Numbered from the whole stretch's first letter, positions 24,542 to 38,000 are shown. The stretch: DNA of 51,707 nt, filler included, from Syncephalis fuscata S228 (GCA_025786725.1; 4 parts of 4 records of this genome joined end to end with filler, not necessarily neighbours in it); one strand, 5' to 3'. Numbers and translations are program-made. The notes: generated by a model not told the origin, from the letters alone.

Positions 24542-25480
24542 ATGACTTTTGATCGTAAATCTATTTTCATGACTTTTGCCAGCATGGTGCTTTTGGCATC
24601 AAACGCTATAGGCTCAAATATACCCTTGGACCATTACAAATCAAGTATGATAGCTGATGTCATTACATATTTTATACTTGCGCTAATTGATAATCTCAAA
24701 TCAAATAGAATTTACAGAAACACCGGTGCTTCCTCGCTATAACAAGAACGACAACACCTATTCTTTATGTGCATTGTCCAACAAGCTTCCAAAAAGCTTT
24801 GATGTGATAGAGGTATGCTTGAATGACATTAGCTATTCTTATATTTATACCGCTTAAATACAGAGTCTCTACACAGGCCGTGCTCCTCAGGATGCCAATA
24901 TTGCTATTGGTAAAATGTATTTTAGCATTCCTATTAGAAAGACTCAAGGTAACGGACAAACCTGCTACATTATGCAATACGAGGACACCACTCCATTAGA
25001 GTACTTTTTCTTAGGCAATCGTCCTAATTATAATCATGATCAGGTGTTAGACATAATTAAGCAAATCGTAACAGGTAGGTAATGATAGCCCAAAAAGACA
25101 CTGATTTTAACATATTATCAATTAGCTGTGAAGTACATGAAGGCAAAAGGCTGGATATACAACGAAAATATAACTCATGGTAAGCGACTGACTAGTCTTT
25201 TATTTAATTATTAACTTGTTTACTAGGCGGTGGCGTCAGTAAGAATGGAATCGTAAAGTTTACCAACTTTGATCGTACTTATTCCTGGGATCTGGCAGGA
25301 ATTCCAGCAGATCAAATGCGGCTAAAAGTAAACAATATCAATACAGCTTTTTATCAAGCAATTGCCCAATGCTACATGAAGGCAATGGGCATGACTAATG
25401 CTCAAGAGGCATTACGCGATGTTGAGAACGCTTATGCAGAAGTCAGAGTAGATTTTAAGCTACCAGAACATAGCCCATAA
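24542..25480 (+). CDS. Putatively secreted, highly divergent and shortened pseudokinase-like protein
   Basis: Five exons splice in frame: MTFDRKSIFMTFASMVLLASNAIG...CYIMQYEDTTPLEYF...VLDIIKQIVTAVKYMKAKGWIYNENITHGGGVSKNGIVKFTNFDR...EHSP*. AlphaE and beta8 patterns of kinases, no HxD or DFG. Confidence 0.65.
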
Positions 25481-25830
25481 TAATGCATATTAAGAAATAT
25501 TTTCTATTTGAATTACACTTAATTTGGTTTATTACAATAGAGTAACTTTCATAAATAAAATTCAAAACAATAAACGAATAATTCTAAGCTTTATCTTGTT
25601 ATTCAGTTTTTGTGATTGCATAACTATTACTATTACTATTTAATGATCGATATTAGGACAGTGCAATAAGTAGCAATATTGTGTATTTCATTTATATTGG
25701 TTTTGTATTTAATCGATCCTTACGTTTTAATATTCTATCACATTTGTTTTAGTTTTTTAGTTTTTTCTTCTCTACACTTTTAGTCGTTTGTAGTCCAATT
25801 GAAAATACATTTATTACTAACATTAGCATT

Positions 25831-26317
25831 ATGTTCGATGGCAAAGACGCAGCAATAAAAACTACACCATACGCATCAGTTGTTTATGTTACTTGTCCAA
25901 ACGAAAAGACTGCCAAAGAATTGGCCCATGGATTGTTACAAATACGCTATGCTGCATGTGTATCCATAATACCTGGCATTACTTCTATTTACTGTATGAC
26001 TCAATAGTTCTAAAGTATATTACACAGCTAATTGCCAATAAATATAGGGTAGAAGAATGCAATAGAAGAAGATACAGAATTGATTTTAATTATAAAAACT
26101 ACAACTGATTGTTTAGCCGCGTTAACAGACTACGTCAATCTACACCATCCATACGATGTACCAGAAGTTATTGCTCTTCCGGTAAAGTTTATGTGCCAAC
26201 TTAAGTTATATTATACTAAGATTATTATAGATCCAAGGAGGTAATCCCAGCTATCTTCAATGGTTAGCCACAAGTGTTGCATCGCCAAACAATGATAATA
26301 CAAATAATACAGAATAA
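25831..26317 (+). CDS. cutA: CutA/CutA1 divalent-cation tolerance family protein with an apparent in-frame TAG
   Basis: Exons 25831-25993, 26048-26181, 26231-26317: [75 protein letters not shown]. An upstream exon is possible. Confidence 0.85.
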
Positions 26318-26329
26318 ATCTGGTTTTAT

Positions 26330-28086
26330 TTTATTTTGACTCCCACATCTGTCCCCAAAGCACAATTTGTTCCAATCAGATTTATGCCGTTATTATGCAT
26401 AACATAGCTATATTACTTCCTATTAAAATATTGTTAATAAATTGATTTAATAAATAATGTAACATACCATTTGATTTTATTAAAACATTTGAGGCCAATT
26501 ATTGTTGTTATTGGTCATGTGTAGAAAGATTGATCAAAGATTAATAGAAGCCATATGATTGCGATTCCATGCCATTCCGCATTTGTTGGTATTGTGGCGT
26601 TAATATATACATGCTATGTACCATTTTATTTTTAGCTTTTAACTTTTAGTACTTGTTAATTGAGTTAAATAAACTGCATCATTATATAAAATATTGTGTG
26701 TCATTTAACAACAGTATACTATCTAATTAAATTTATCAATTATCATAGTATGATTTGTGGTTAAAATGGCTAATATTTAATAATATGCAATCTATTGAAC
26801 ATGATAGTGGGTGGTGAGTGACATCAGTCATCAAATACTTATTATTGTAAATTTATTATCCAGTATGCATGTATCATCACAGTATGTGTTATTACTATGT
26901 ATATCCGTCATTTTGCTTGATTAACATTAACTCATAACTAATTTACATGATTTAGTTTATTTATAAATAATCTTAATAAAACATAATTCCGTTCATATTC
27001 ATATTATCTGTTCTATCAATATAGTCCAGTGAACAAACTAAGTGCGATAAGTTAATTTTATTAATAAAAAAGCTGGAACCATACCGACAATGACTATAGA
27101 CAGCGTATAGCCAATATGTAATAAAATAATAAACATTATAATGGATACACAGTATTGAGCGAGATTAACAAAGTTAAATTTATTGAGCACATATGCATGA
27201 TCAATGAGCGGAGTTAATCGACATTTATTAATAATAGTGCTAGAACAAAAATAAAAAAGCTTTGAATAGAGGAAGGCTATAAGAGTATATAATGATATCT
27301 AAAATGATAAGTGTATGGTAAGAAAGTACATAAAACAATGAAGTTATAGTGCATACAATGCAATGAGTTGAATAAGTGGAGTATATTGCCGCATATAATA
27401 AATAGAATGTGTCTAGTATATCTTAGAATGATATATAGTAGTATGGGATAGAATGAGAATAATATAAATAAATGGTGGATATATACATATTGGATAATAA
27501 ATCTATGATGATGAGTATTTTAAATCCTGATGTGAATTACTCCTAGTTTCATGTTTAATAGAAAGAAAGTTTAATTTAAAGTGTAAATATTATTAAATGT
27601 AGTCATTTGACCACCAACAAAATAATAAATGACTTATAAACTGTTTAATGTGAAAAATATTATTTTATTTAGTTAATAAATAACGTAATATATACGATCT
27701 ATAAATTGAATGACATTGTACATAAAAGACTATGAATAAATTGAAATATAGATGAGGGAATGTTCAAGTGGTGGAATAAAATAAAATAAAAATAATAGCA
27801 TAAAAGCAAATATATTCATAGAACAATGTTATCAGTAAAACAATGAGTGTAATAAGAAAATAGATAACAAACAATAAATCCAAATATATTCATAGAACAA
27901 TGTCACTGGTAAAATAAGAAGGATGAATATTAATGCATAAACAAATGTCATTATCGTAGAACATGGTATTATAATTGACAACTAAACTTGTAAGCATTAG
28001 ATTTAGTATATAAGCAACAGTATTTATTGAATGTTAAATAAAATACTTGTAAACATACCTATTCTAAACTACGCCTTGTATATATA
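26330..28086 (-). mobile_element. AT-rich non-coding repeat, arm B; contains MITE-like unit ~26747-27618
   Basis: Reverse complement of 11909-14085; same internal inverted repeats. Confidence 0.7.
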
Positions 28087-28332
28087 ATTAAATAGTGATT
28101 TACCAAGAAAGAAAGCAACAGAGCTAACAAAAAAGATTAGTGTAAATGGTTATACCTAACACACCACTTGAGTAAAATAAATGTTTAAATTATTACTAAT
28201 GCAATGCTCTGTTACATTTAATTTTGGCATAAAGGCAAAGCTTCACAGAGTCGTTTTCCTTCTCACGCACTTTTACTTTTTTATTGATACTTTTATTGCA
28301 CAACACATTTGTTGATCGATCAACACAACACT

Positions 28333-29318
28333 ATGGCAAATCTAATGGATATGGCACTCGATGATGTGATTCGTCAAGAATCAGCAGCCAAAAAGAGTAA
28401 TGTTAATAATAATAACAATAGGCGTCGCAATACGCGTAACCAAAATAAAGACGGTGGTAATGTCCGCCGTCGAGATCGCGGCAATAATCGCCAGACACCT
28501 TACGCACGATCGGTAAGGAATAATGTGGCAGCCATGCGAGACGAAGCAGTACTAAAGCCAATTGTCCGTGGGGGTCGATGTAGGCGCGACAGGGTAATTC
28601 AGATGAGACTTGGACGCATGATCTATATGAAGGCAAAGGTGCCACGCGTGCCCAACCAGACGCACGGACTGAAATTAGTGGAAAGAAAGATGGCGGGCAA
28701 CAACAACAGCAATTTACCGTTAGCTTTCGCGGTGCCGCCTCATCTAACGGCACTAATGGTCAAGATGCTACTAGCAATGCCACCGGAAGCCGTGTGACCG
28801 TCAAAAATTTGCATTATGATGTATCTAAAGACGATTTGAATGTAGGTATATCATACAGAGCGATAGTCTGTGTTTTTAACTGTTTTTCAATTAATGCTAT
28901 TATAATAGGAGTTGTTTGGTAAAGTAGGCTCTGTCAAGAAGGTCTTTATGCACTATGACAAAGCAGGTCGATCGACCGGTGTGGCCGATATCATATTTGC
29001 TGATGGCGATAGTGCTCGGCGATCTATTGAACGCTACGATCGAGTCACGCTTGATGGTAAGCTGGTTATTAATAGTATATGCACTAAGTGAAACTATGAA
29101 ACTGATCTGGATTATTGATGGTTATAATAGGCAAACCAATGTCAATATCCTATACTGATGGTAAAGATAGCAATCGTGGTCGCACTTCGATTCTAGATCG
29201 ATTGGGCGGTAAAGTGTAAGCATATTACATGAATTAGTATAAACATCATAATAACTAATATTTATTAATGTCTATAAATAGTACGAATAATGAAGGTAGT
29301 CCACGAGGTAACCGTCGC

Positions 29319-29352
<34 letters not shown>

Positions 29353-29513
29353 GCAATGGTTCAGGTCAATCAAATCAGCGTCGTCAACAACAAGGTCGTG
29401 GTCGACAAAATAACCAGCGAAGACGCAATCAGCAAAAACAAGAACCGAAATCGGCTGAAGAATTGGATCAGGAATTAGATGGCTATATGCAAGTAGATGT
29501 TCTTGCACAATAA
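28333..29513 (+). CDS. Yra1/ALY(THOC4)-like RRM mRNA export adaptor
   Basis: N-box MDMALDDVI, WTHDLY motif after intron 28513-28592, RRM VTVKNLHYDVSKDDLNELFGKVGSVKKVFMHYDKAGRSTGVADI, C-box KSAEELDQELDGYM; four introns. Confidence 0.88.
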
Positions 29514-30597
29514 ACTATACTACTATATCGCAGCTATATTGCTACTACATTATCCGCTGGTTTATCTGCTGCCAAACGTACATATCTTAATAGTTATTGA
29601 ATTATTTCAACGTTTTTTCTAAACATCACAGCAGTTATGCCGTATGATATAGTGGTACAAGCATGGAGAATATTATAACAAAAATATGCAAAATAAATAT
29701 GTTAGTTGGGTCAATGAAGTGTTGTTCGATTTAAATTGATAATTTTATTATTATAAATATTTTTACGTAAAACCTAATAAATGGTCAATAATTTCATGCC
29801 TCGTATTAATAAGGAGTAAAAGACACAATATTAAATGTGCCATACCTACATTCAATCATATTCTTGGCGATGATCTTCCCAGCTAAGAATACTGTGAATT
29901 TACCATAATTGTATATGTTCTATGGCTCCGATTTATCAAAGTATTAATTGCCAAGAAAGCCACGGCAAATTTACTGCTCCGTTCCGTCCTGGTCATATGC
30001 TTATTCGGTACAAATAGTCCAATGGCTGTGTCGTTAAACAGCTAGTGCCCCAATTCGGTCAGACTCCGACTTCAAACCGTTAATATGCGTGTCACTTGAA
30101 ACAACGATAACGGCGACCACCACGGCAACAACACGCTACACGCACGCTGCATAAAGAAAGAGGCATTTTTAGATATTGCCCATGTGGTATAAGGGAAAAC
30201 GCGTGGATGGTCCGACAGAGTGAGAGTATATACAGCCGCGGACTTGACTCCTTGCTAACGGGCGTACACATCCCTTAATCTTTTCATTCTTCATTTTAAC
30301 CTTTTATACTAAACAACTGTAGTAGCATCTCTCCAATACTTGCTGTTTGTTGCTAGCTCTTTTATTACACTACTATTACTACCGTTATTAACGGCTATCT
30401 AGCGTCTTTGGTATTTTTTTATAATCAGACCTTTATTTGTTGATCTGCACAGTGTGTACTGCATTTCACTGAACATACACTACAGCTAGCCGTTGGTAGT
30501 ACTAGCTGGCTGACCAATCTACAAGTAGTCCGGTCAAGTAACCAGGTACAGCTGTACAGTTGCATTTTTGCGTCTACTGAGCAATTATACGGCCAGT

Positions 30598-31968
30598 ATG
30601 GCGTTTACACCTTTAACGACTGCACATCAAGCGCAATGGCATCATGGAAAGCGATCCATGAGTGCAAAAGGGGCAACTGCCGCACAAACAAGTTCACTAG
30701 TTAATACATTGCGTAATTACTGGTACTGGGGAGAAACGAGTAAGTATTAGTAATAGTAGTATGTTGGCTGGACCATAATGCACTGTATTGTTTGCTGGTC
30801 TAAAGCGGTTTTATTAAAGTGTAGAATAACACAATAGCTAATATTTAATCGGCGTTATTTAGGAGTGACCAGCAGCATAGTATTCGCTCTATTGGTTGGA
30901 CATTATGTGTTTCAATTGCCTGGTTTTGCACCGTTTGTTGAACTTCAACATCCTATTCCAACGGAGGAATTAAAAGATCCTAATGGTGGTCCACGTTATC
31001 AACGAGGCTACTATGACTTTTACTATGTCGTTCATTGGATTGTTATTTTTACCTTTCTTAGAGCAGCGACGATGCAATGGCTATTGCGTCCGCTTGCTAT
31101 CTCGCAAGGGGTTCGTGCACCGGCAAAGCAACAACGATTTATGGAACAAGGCTGGCTTGTAGTGTTTTATTCAATTTCATGGACGGCCGGCATGTGGATC
31201 ATGTACAATAGCAAGCATTGGTTTAATACGGACGAGATGTGGCGCGAGTATCCATTCTATCAGCTAACACCAAGCATGAAACATTATTATCTGATCCAAC
31301 TGGCCTTTTGGTGGCAACAAATGATTATTGTTAACGTTGAGGAGAAGCGTAAAGACTACATTGTGATGTCAACACATCATGTAATCACTATTCTTTTGAT
31401 TATGGGCAGTTACTATACCCATGTTACTCCTGTTGGTAATGCTATTCTATGCTGTATGGATTTTGCAGATATTTTATTATCGGTAAGCTATACAACTGTT
31501 TAATAATACTAAACAACACTTCTAACCGCTATCTGCATTGCACTTTATGAATCTATAGACGGCCAAAGTATTTAATTATATGAAATGGCAACGTACGACC
31601 GATACCTGCTTTATCGTATTCCTCGTGAGCTGGATTGTGACCCGTCATGGCTTTTTCAACATTCTTACCTATAGCGTGTACAATGACATGCCAAGATTCA
31701 ATACTATTCAATGGGATCCATCTCGTCAATACTTCCACACCTATGGTATCTACACTAGCTACATAGTCTTGTTGAGCGGTCTAGAGATTCTATGTATCTA
31801 TTGGTTCTACCTAGTGGTGGGCATCGTACGTCGTGTCATTAGTGGCCGCAAGCCCGAGGACACTCGTAGCGATAGTGAAGATAGTGGCGATGAAGATGCA
31901 AGCAAGCAGAAGAAGAAGCAGCAGCAGAAGAAGGCAGGAAAGAAGCAACAGGCGGTGGACGCAGCACA
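30598..31968 (+). CDS. Ceramide synthase (Lag1/Lac1, TLC domain), 3' end lost in gap
   Basis: Introns 30740-30862 and 31483-31558; Lag1 motif RKDYIVMSTHHVITILLIMGSY...GNAILCCMDFADILLSTAKVFNY; C-terminal EDTRSDSED. Confidence 0.93.
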
Positions 31969-32068
31969 NNNNNNNNNNNNNNNNNNNNNNNNNNNNNNNN
32001 NNNNNNNNNNNNTTAATTAATTAANNNNNNNNNNNNNNNNNNNNNNNNNNNNNNNNNNNNNNNNNNNN
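31969..32068. other. Assembly linker
   Basis: N run with TTAATTAATTAA. Confidence 0.99.
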
Positions 32069-35000
32069 CTTTCGTTCACTAGTACCGCCCATAATTGAAC
32101 GGGTAGTAAACTTGAACAAGTATTCGCCAATCATTGTTTGCGTAATTGCTTGAATGACTTGTGGATCGGTGGGTGCAGCTGGTGCAAGCATTGGACGACG
32201 AGCACCAAATACTTCTGTGTAGGATGATTGCCATCCACCCATCGTTGCATTGGCCAGTGTATGGTTTTCAGGTGCCGTTTCAGCTCGTTGCCGTAATGCT
32301 GTGGCATCCGGTATACCGCCGATTGCTCGTGTAGCATTGGCTGGACGTAGACTGTTGTTGGGTTTTAGCGGTTCTGTCTTCACTTGGACCGATTGTAGTG
32401 AAGCGACACGCTGTAAACGAACCATTTGACCATCGGCCGTTGGAGATCGTACCAGTGTTGGTCGGCTATTGCTGCGTGCTAATAAAGCAGCCGGTGGTGC
32501 TGTAGTAGGACGAGGTGGTGGCAGTTGATCAACACCCAAGTGAGTGGCTACAACAGCTTTAGCGTATTCAAGGAATACACCGAATCGTTTGAGCGCTGTT
32601 GTTGTGCAGGACAAGTTTTGAAGTGTAGGTGAAACGGCATTGGCCTCCCAAGGAGCAGGATTGACATCAATAGTACGGCCATCTTCTTCACCATCAATAA
32701 GAACTGAATTACGATCTGATACTTCAACCATTGAAACCTTGCGATTGCCCGTAAATGAAGTAAGACGACGACGTGGCTGTGGAGAAGCATTAATTGGTGT
32801 TGCTGGTTCAGGCAACGATGTAGTGGGTGATGTAGGTGACGGTACAGTTGTATTGGTTGCTGGTGTTATTGATAGTTGTGGTGATGATGGTATTTGTCGT
32901 GTAGCAATGCCACTAATCATAGAAATGTGCGAATCTCGTTTCTGTGATGTATTTAACAATACTGGTTCTGATATGCGAAGTGGCGGTGGTGGCATGGATC
33001 GTGTCGTGGCAGTTGGTGTTGTCGAATTATCTGTTAAATTATCTTGAACCAATACAAATGAAGAATCACGTCGGTTAACATCTGGTGTTTGAGCACCTTG
33101 CTTCCATGATGGTAATAGTTTAGGTGTCTAGATAGTAAATAAATAAAAAATATCAGTAATTAATTAATAATAAATATCAAATGAATACCAAATAATAAAT
33201 ATTAATACCAAATAATAAATATTAAATGAATACCAAATAATAAATATTAAATGAATATCAAATAATAAATATTAAATGAATATCAAATAATAAATATTAA
33301 ATGAATACCAAATAATAAATATTAAATGAATACCAAATAATAAATATTAAATAATACCAAATAATAAATATTAAATGAATATCAAATAATAAATATTAAA
33401 TGAATATCAAATAATAAATATTAAATGAATACCAAATAATAAATATTAAATAAATATCAAATAATAAATATTAAATGAATATCAAATAATAAATATTAAA
33501 TGGATATCAAATAATAAATATCAAATGAATATCAAATAATAAATATCAAATGAATATCAAATAATAAATATTAAATGGGTATCAAATAATAAATATTAAA
33601 TAATACCAAATAATAAATATTAAATGAATACCAAATAGTAAATATTAAATGAATATCAAATAATAAATATCAAATGAATACCAAATAATAAATATTAAAT
33701 GAATACCAAATAGTAAATATTAAATGAATATCAAATAATAAATATTAAATGGGTATCGAATAATAAATATTAAATAATACCAAATAATAAATATTAAATG
33801 AATATCAAATAATAAATATTAAATGGATATCAAATAATAAATATTAAATAATACCAAATAATAAATATTAAATGGGTATCAAATAATAAATATTAAATGA
33901 ATACCAAATAATAAATATTAAATGAATACCAAATAATAAATATTAAATGAATACCAAATAATAAATATTAAATGGATATCAAATAATAAATATTAAATGG
34001 GTATCGAATAATAAATATTAAATAATACCAAATAATAAATATTAAATGAATACCAAATAATAAATATTAAATGGGTATCAAATAATAAATATTAAATAAT
34101 ACCAAATAATAAATATTAAATGAATATCAAATAATAAATATTAAATGAATATCAAATAATAAATATTAAATGAATACCAAATAGTAAATATTAAATGAAT
34201 ACCAAATAATAAATATTAAATAATACCAAATAATAAATATTAAATGGGTATCGAATAATAAATATTAAATAATACCAAATAATAAATATTAAATGAATAC
34301 CAAATAATAAATATTAAATGGGTATCAAATAATAAATATTAAATAATACCAAATAATAAATATTAAATGAATACCAAATAATAAATATCAAATGAATACC
34401 AAATAATAAATATTAAATGAATACCAAATAGTAAATATTAAATGGATATCAAATAATAAATATTAAATAATACCAAATAATAAATATTAAATGAATATCA
34501 AATAATAAATATCAAATGAATATCAAATAATAAATATTAAATGGGTATCAAATAATAAATATCAAATGAATACCAAATAATAAATATTAAATAATATCAA
34601 ATAATAAATATTAAATGAATATCAAATAGTAAATATTAAATGGATATCAAATAATAAATATTAAATAATACCAAATAATAAATATTAAATGAATATCAAA
34701 TAATAAATATCAAATGGATATCAAATAATAAATATTAAATGGGTATCAAATAATAAATATCAAATGAATACCAAATAATAAATATTAAATGGATATCAAA
34801 TAATAAATATTAAATAATACCAAATAATAAATATTAAATGAATATCAAATAATAAATATCAAATGGATATCAAATAATAAATATTAAATGGGTATCAAAT
34901 AATAAATATCAAATGAATACCAAATAATAAATATTAAATGAATATCAAATAATAAATATTAAATGAATATCAAATAATAAATATCAAATGAATACCAAAT

Positions 35001-38000
35001 AATAAATATTAAATGAATATCAAATAATAAATATTAAATAATACCAAATAATAAATATTAAATGGGTATCAAATAATAAATATTAAATAATACCAAATAA
35101 TAAACATTGAATAATATCAAATATTAAATATCAAATATTAACAAAGACTTACCTCTAATGTAACTTGGACACCTACACTTGAACTCATCAATGGTGGTCG
35201 GTGAATGGCATCGGTCTGCGTAAAAGCCACACACGTTTCAGCTTGAGGTGGTGTTGGTGCATTGACATAAACAATCTTCTCGACCTCAAACGGTACTTCT
35301 TTTATTACTTGTACTTCCTTAATTACTTCAACTGGGATCTCCACAATGGTTTCAACTTCTTTAATAACCTCCACTGGCACTTCGACTTCCTTTATGACTT
35401 CAACTGGCACTTCAACTTCCTTTATGACTTCAACTGGCACTTCAACTTCCTTTATGACTTCAACTGGCACTTCAACTTCCTTTATGACTTCAACTGGTAC
35501 TTCAACTTCCTTTATAACTTCCTTTATAACTTCTTTTATAACTTCAACTGGCACCTCGACCTCCTTTATAACTTCGCGTATAACTTCAACAGGTATTTCT
35601 TTAACTACCTCTTTTATCACCTCTATGGGTACTTCAACCTTAACTTCTTTAATTACTTCTATTGGCACTTCAATCTTGACTTCCTTGATTATTTCAACTT
35701 CCTTGATAATCTCTAAAGGTACTTCTTTAATCACTTGCACTGGCACCTCTTTAATGACTTCAATTTCTCGTATAACTTCAACTGGTACCTCTTTGATGAT
35801 TTCAACCGGTACCTTGACCTCTTTAGTTACTTCAACTTCTCTTGTTAATGGTACTTCTTTCACCACTTGAACTTCTTTGATAACCGGAACTTCTTTTATG
35901 ATCTCTTTTATAATTTCGACCGGAACTTCTTTAATGACCTCGACCTCTTTAATCACAGGAACTTCTTTAATCTTTTCAACCTCTTTTATAACTTCAACTT
36001 CTTTGATTACTGGCACTTCTACGATCTTCTCAACTTCTTTAATGACTTGCACTTCCTTGATAACTTCAAAGGGTACTTCTTTGATAACTTCAACCTCTTT
36101 AATAACTTGTACTTCTTTAATAACTTCAACTTCTTTAATAACTTCTATCGGTACTTCAACCTTTACTTCTTTAATTACTTCTATTGGCACTTCAACCTTC
36201 ACTTCTTTAATTACTTCTATTGGCACTTCAACCTTCACTTCTTTAATTACTTCTATTGGCACTTCAACCTTCACTTCTTTAATTACTTCTATCGGTACTT
36301 CAACCTTTACTTCTTTAATTACTTCTATTGGCACTTCAACCTTCACTTCTTTAATTACTTCTATTGGCACTTCAACCTTCACCTCTTTAATTACTTCTTT
36401 AATAATTTCAATTGGTGGTATTGAGTCTAAAGCATGAGTAATAGTAGAGTCGGTCTGGGTATCAGCGTTGACAGTAGTAATATCAGCTTGTGACTCGACA
36501 TTGGCCGTTTCAATGCTATCGATTATGGCAGAGCCGAAGCTTTCTGAAAGTGGCGTAGGTGCACCAAAGAATGGTGTTGTAGCACCAGTACCAGGCGTTG
36601 ACATAGGAGAGTGGACAGAAAGTTCATCAAACAAATTATTGGCTGGTGCATTGTCGCCAGTAAAGGATAGCGTAAGTGGTGTACGGGCCCGTGGCGACTG
36701 GCGATCACGGCGTTGTGAACGGCTACGATTATTGCGACGACGTCCACCGCGAAGTTTACGAAGACGTGATTTACGTGTAGCACGACGAGCAGTTGCCGAT
36801 GATTCTGGCGAAGAGCTGCGTTCAATATTATCGCCACTCTGTAATTCCTCGTCCGTCATATCATCGCGGAATTCTGGATCGGATTCAGATGCACTTGATG
36901 CACCGTCTAAATCAGGTACTTGTGTTATATCAAGTTGATTTTGACGAATTGATTCAATTGTTTCTTGGCTTTGTTCCAACATACGACGCAGCTCTGCCTT
37001 TTCCAGCTTCTCACGATTAAGTGAAGAACGCAATGCAGCAACAGCACGATGAGCTTGAAGTAATGACGAGTTTAGTGATTCAGATTGTAACGTTTGTACA
37101 CGCATAGAAGAGCCAAGATTGGCCAAGCCTGCTTGTACATCCGGATCGTTTTCTAAATCTTCAAAATACTCTGGCAGTCCACGGGCTGTAAAGTCGTTGG
37201 CTATTCTTAGTGCATCTGCATCTGCATCTAGACTAGTAAGCTGAGAAAGATCTGGTGTCTGAGGACGAGTATTGCTGCGTTTTTGACGAGTTGATAGCTC
37301 TTTATTCAGCTCTTCAACCTTTTTGTTAAGCTGAGCTTTATCACGTTGTAATGTATTGACTGATTTGCGCATATCACTCATGTCTTGTTCGTGGCGCAAC
37401 TTGGTACGTTCTAGCTGAAGTTGCAGCTTACTTTCTTGCTCCTTTAGCTGATCAATATTGTCGGTAGCAAGTGCAAGTGCATGTTGTGTTCGTCCATGCT
37501 CATGCGTAGCTTTTGCTAATGCTTGCTCAGTTTCTTGCATTTGGCTACGTAGCTCTTGATTTGCCAATTCCAGATTCCAGGTTGTTTCTTGAGCTTCTTC
37601 TTCAAGTTCAGTACTTCGTTTAACTTGCTTTTGTAAAAAATCAATTTCATTTTGTTGTTCATTAGACTGTGTTTCAAGTCGACTGCGTGTTTCTTCAAGC
37701 TGAATAATCTGTGTACTAAGCTGAGCAGCTTGTTGCAATAAATCATTACCAATTTCTGATGCAAGTACTAGTTGATTATGAAGCAGATTTTCCTGGCTGG
37801 TAACGGCAGCAGCAGCAGCCGCCACCGAAGGTGGTATATATGATTCTTCTTCTATTGGACGATCTCCGTGCTGTTCAATAGTCTTACGACGTTGTCCAGG
37901 TGTACGAGAGCCGGCGCCAGTGTTATTATTGGCATTATTTGCTGCAGCGGCAACAGCAGTTGCTGCCATATACATGTCATAATCACGTCGAAGGCCCAAT

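Noticed and set aside
33165-35135. CRISPR-like array
   Set aside because: Units are directly tandem with no unique spacers, lie in a eukaryotic intron, and no cas genes are present.
35201-36938. Plus-strand Thr/Ser-rich and Phe/Asn-rich ORFs
   Set aside because: Antisense shadows of the EVIKEV coding repeats and adjacent Num1-like coding sequence.
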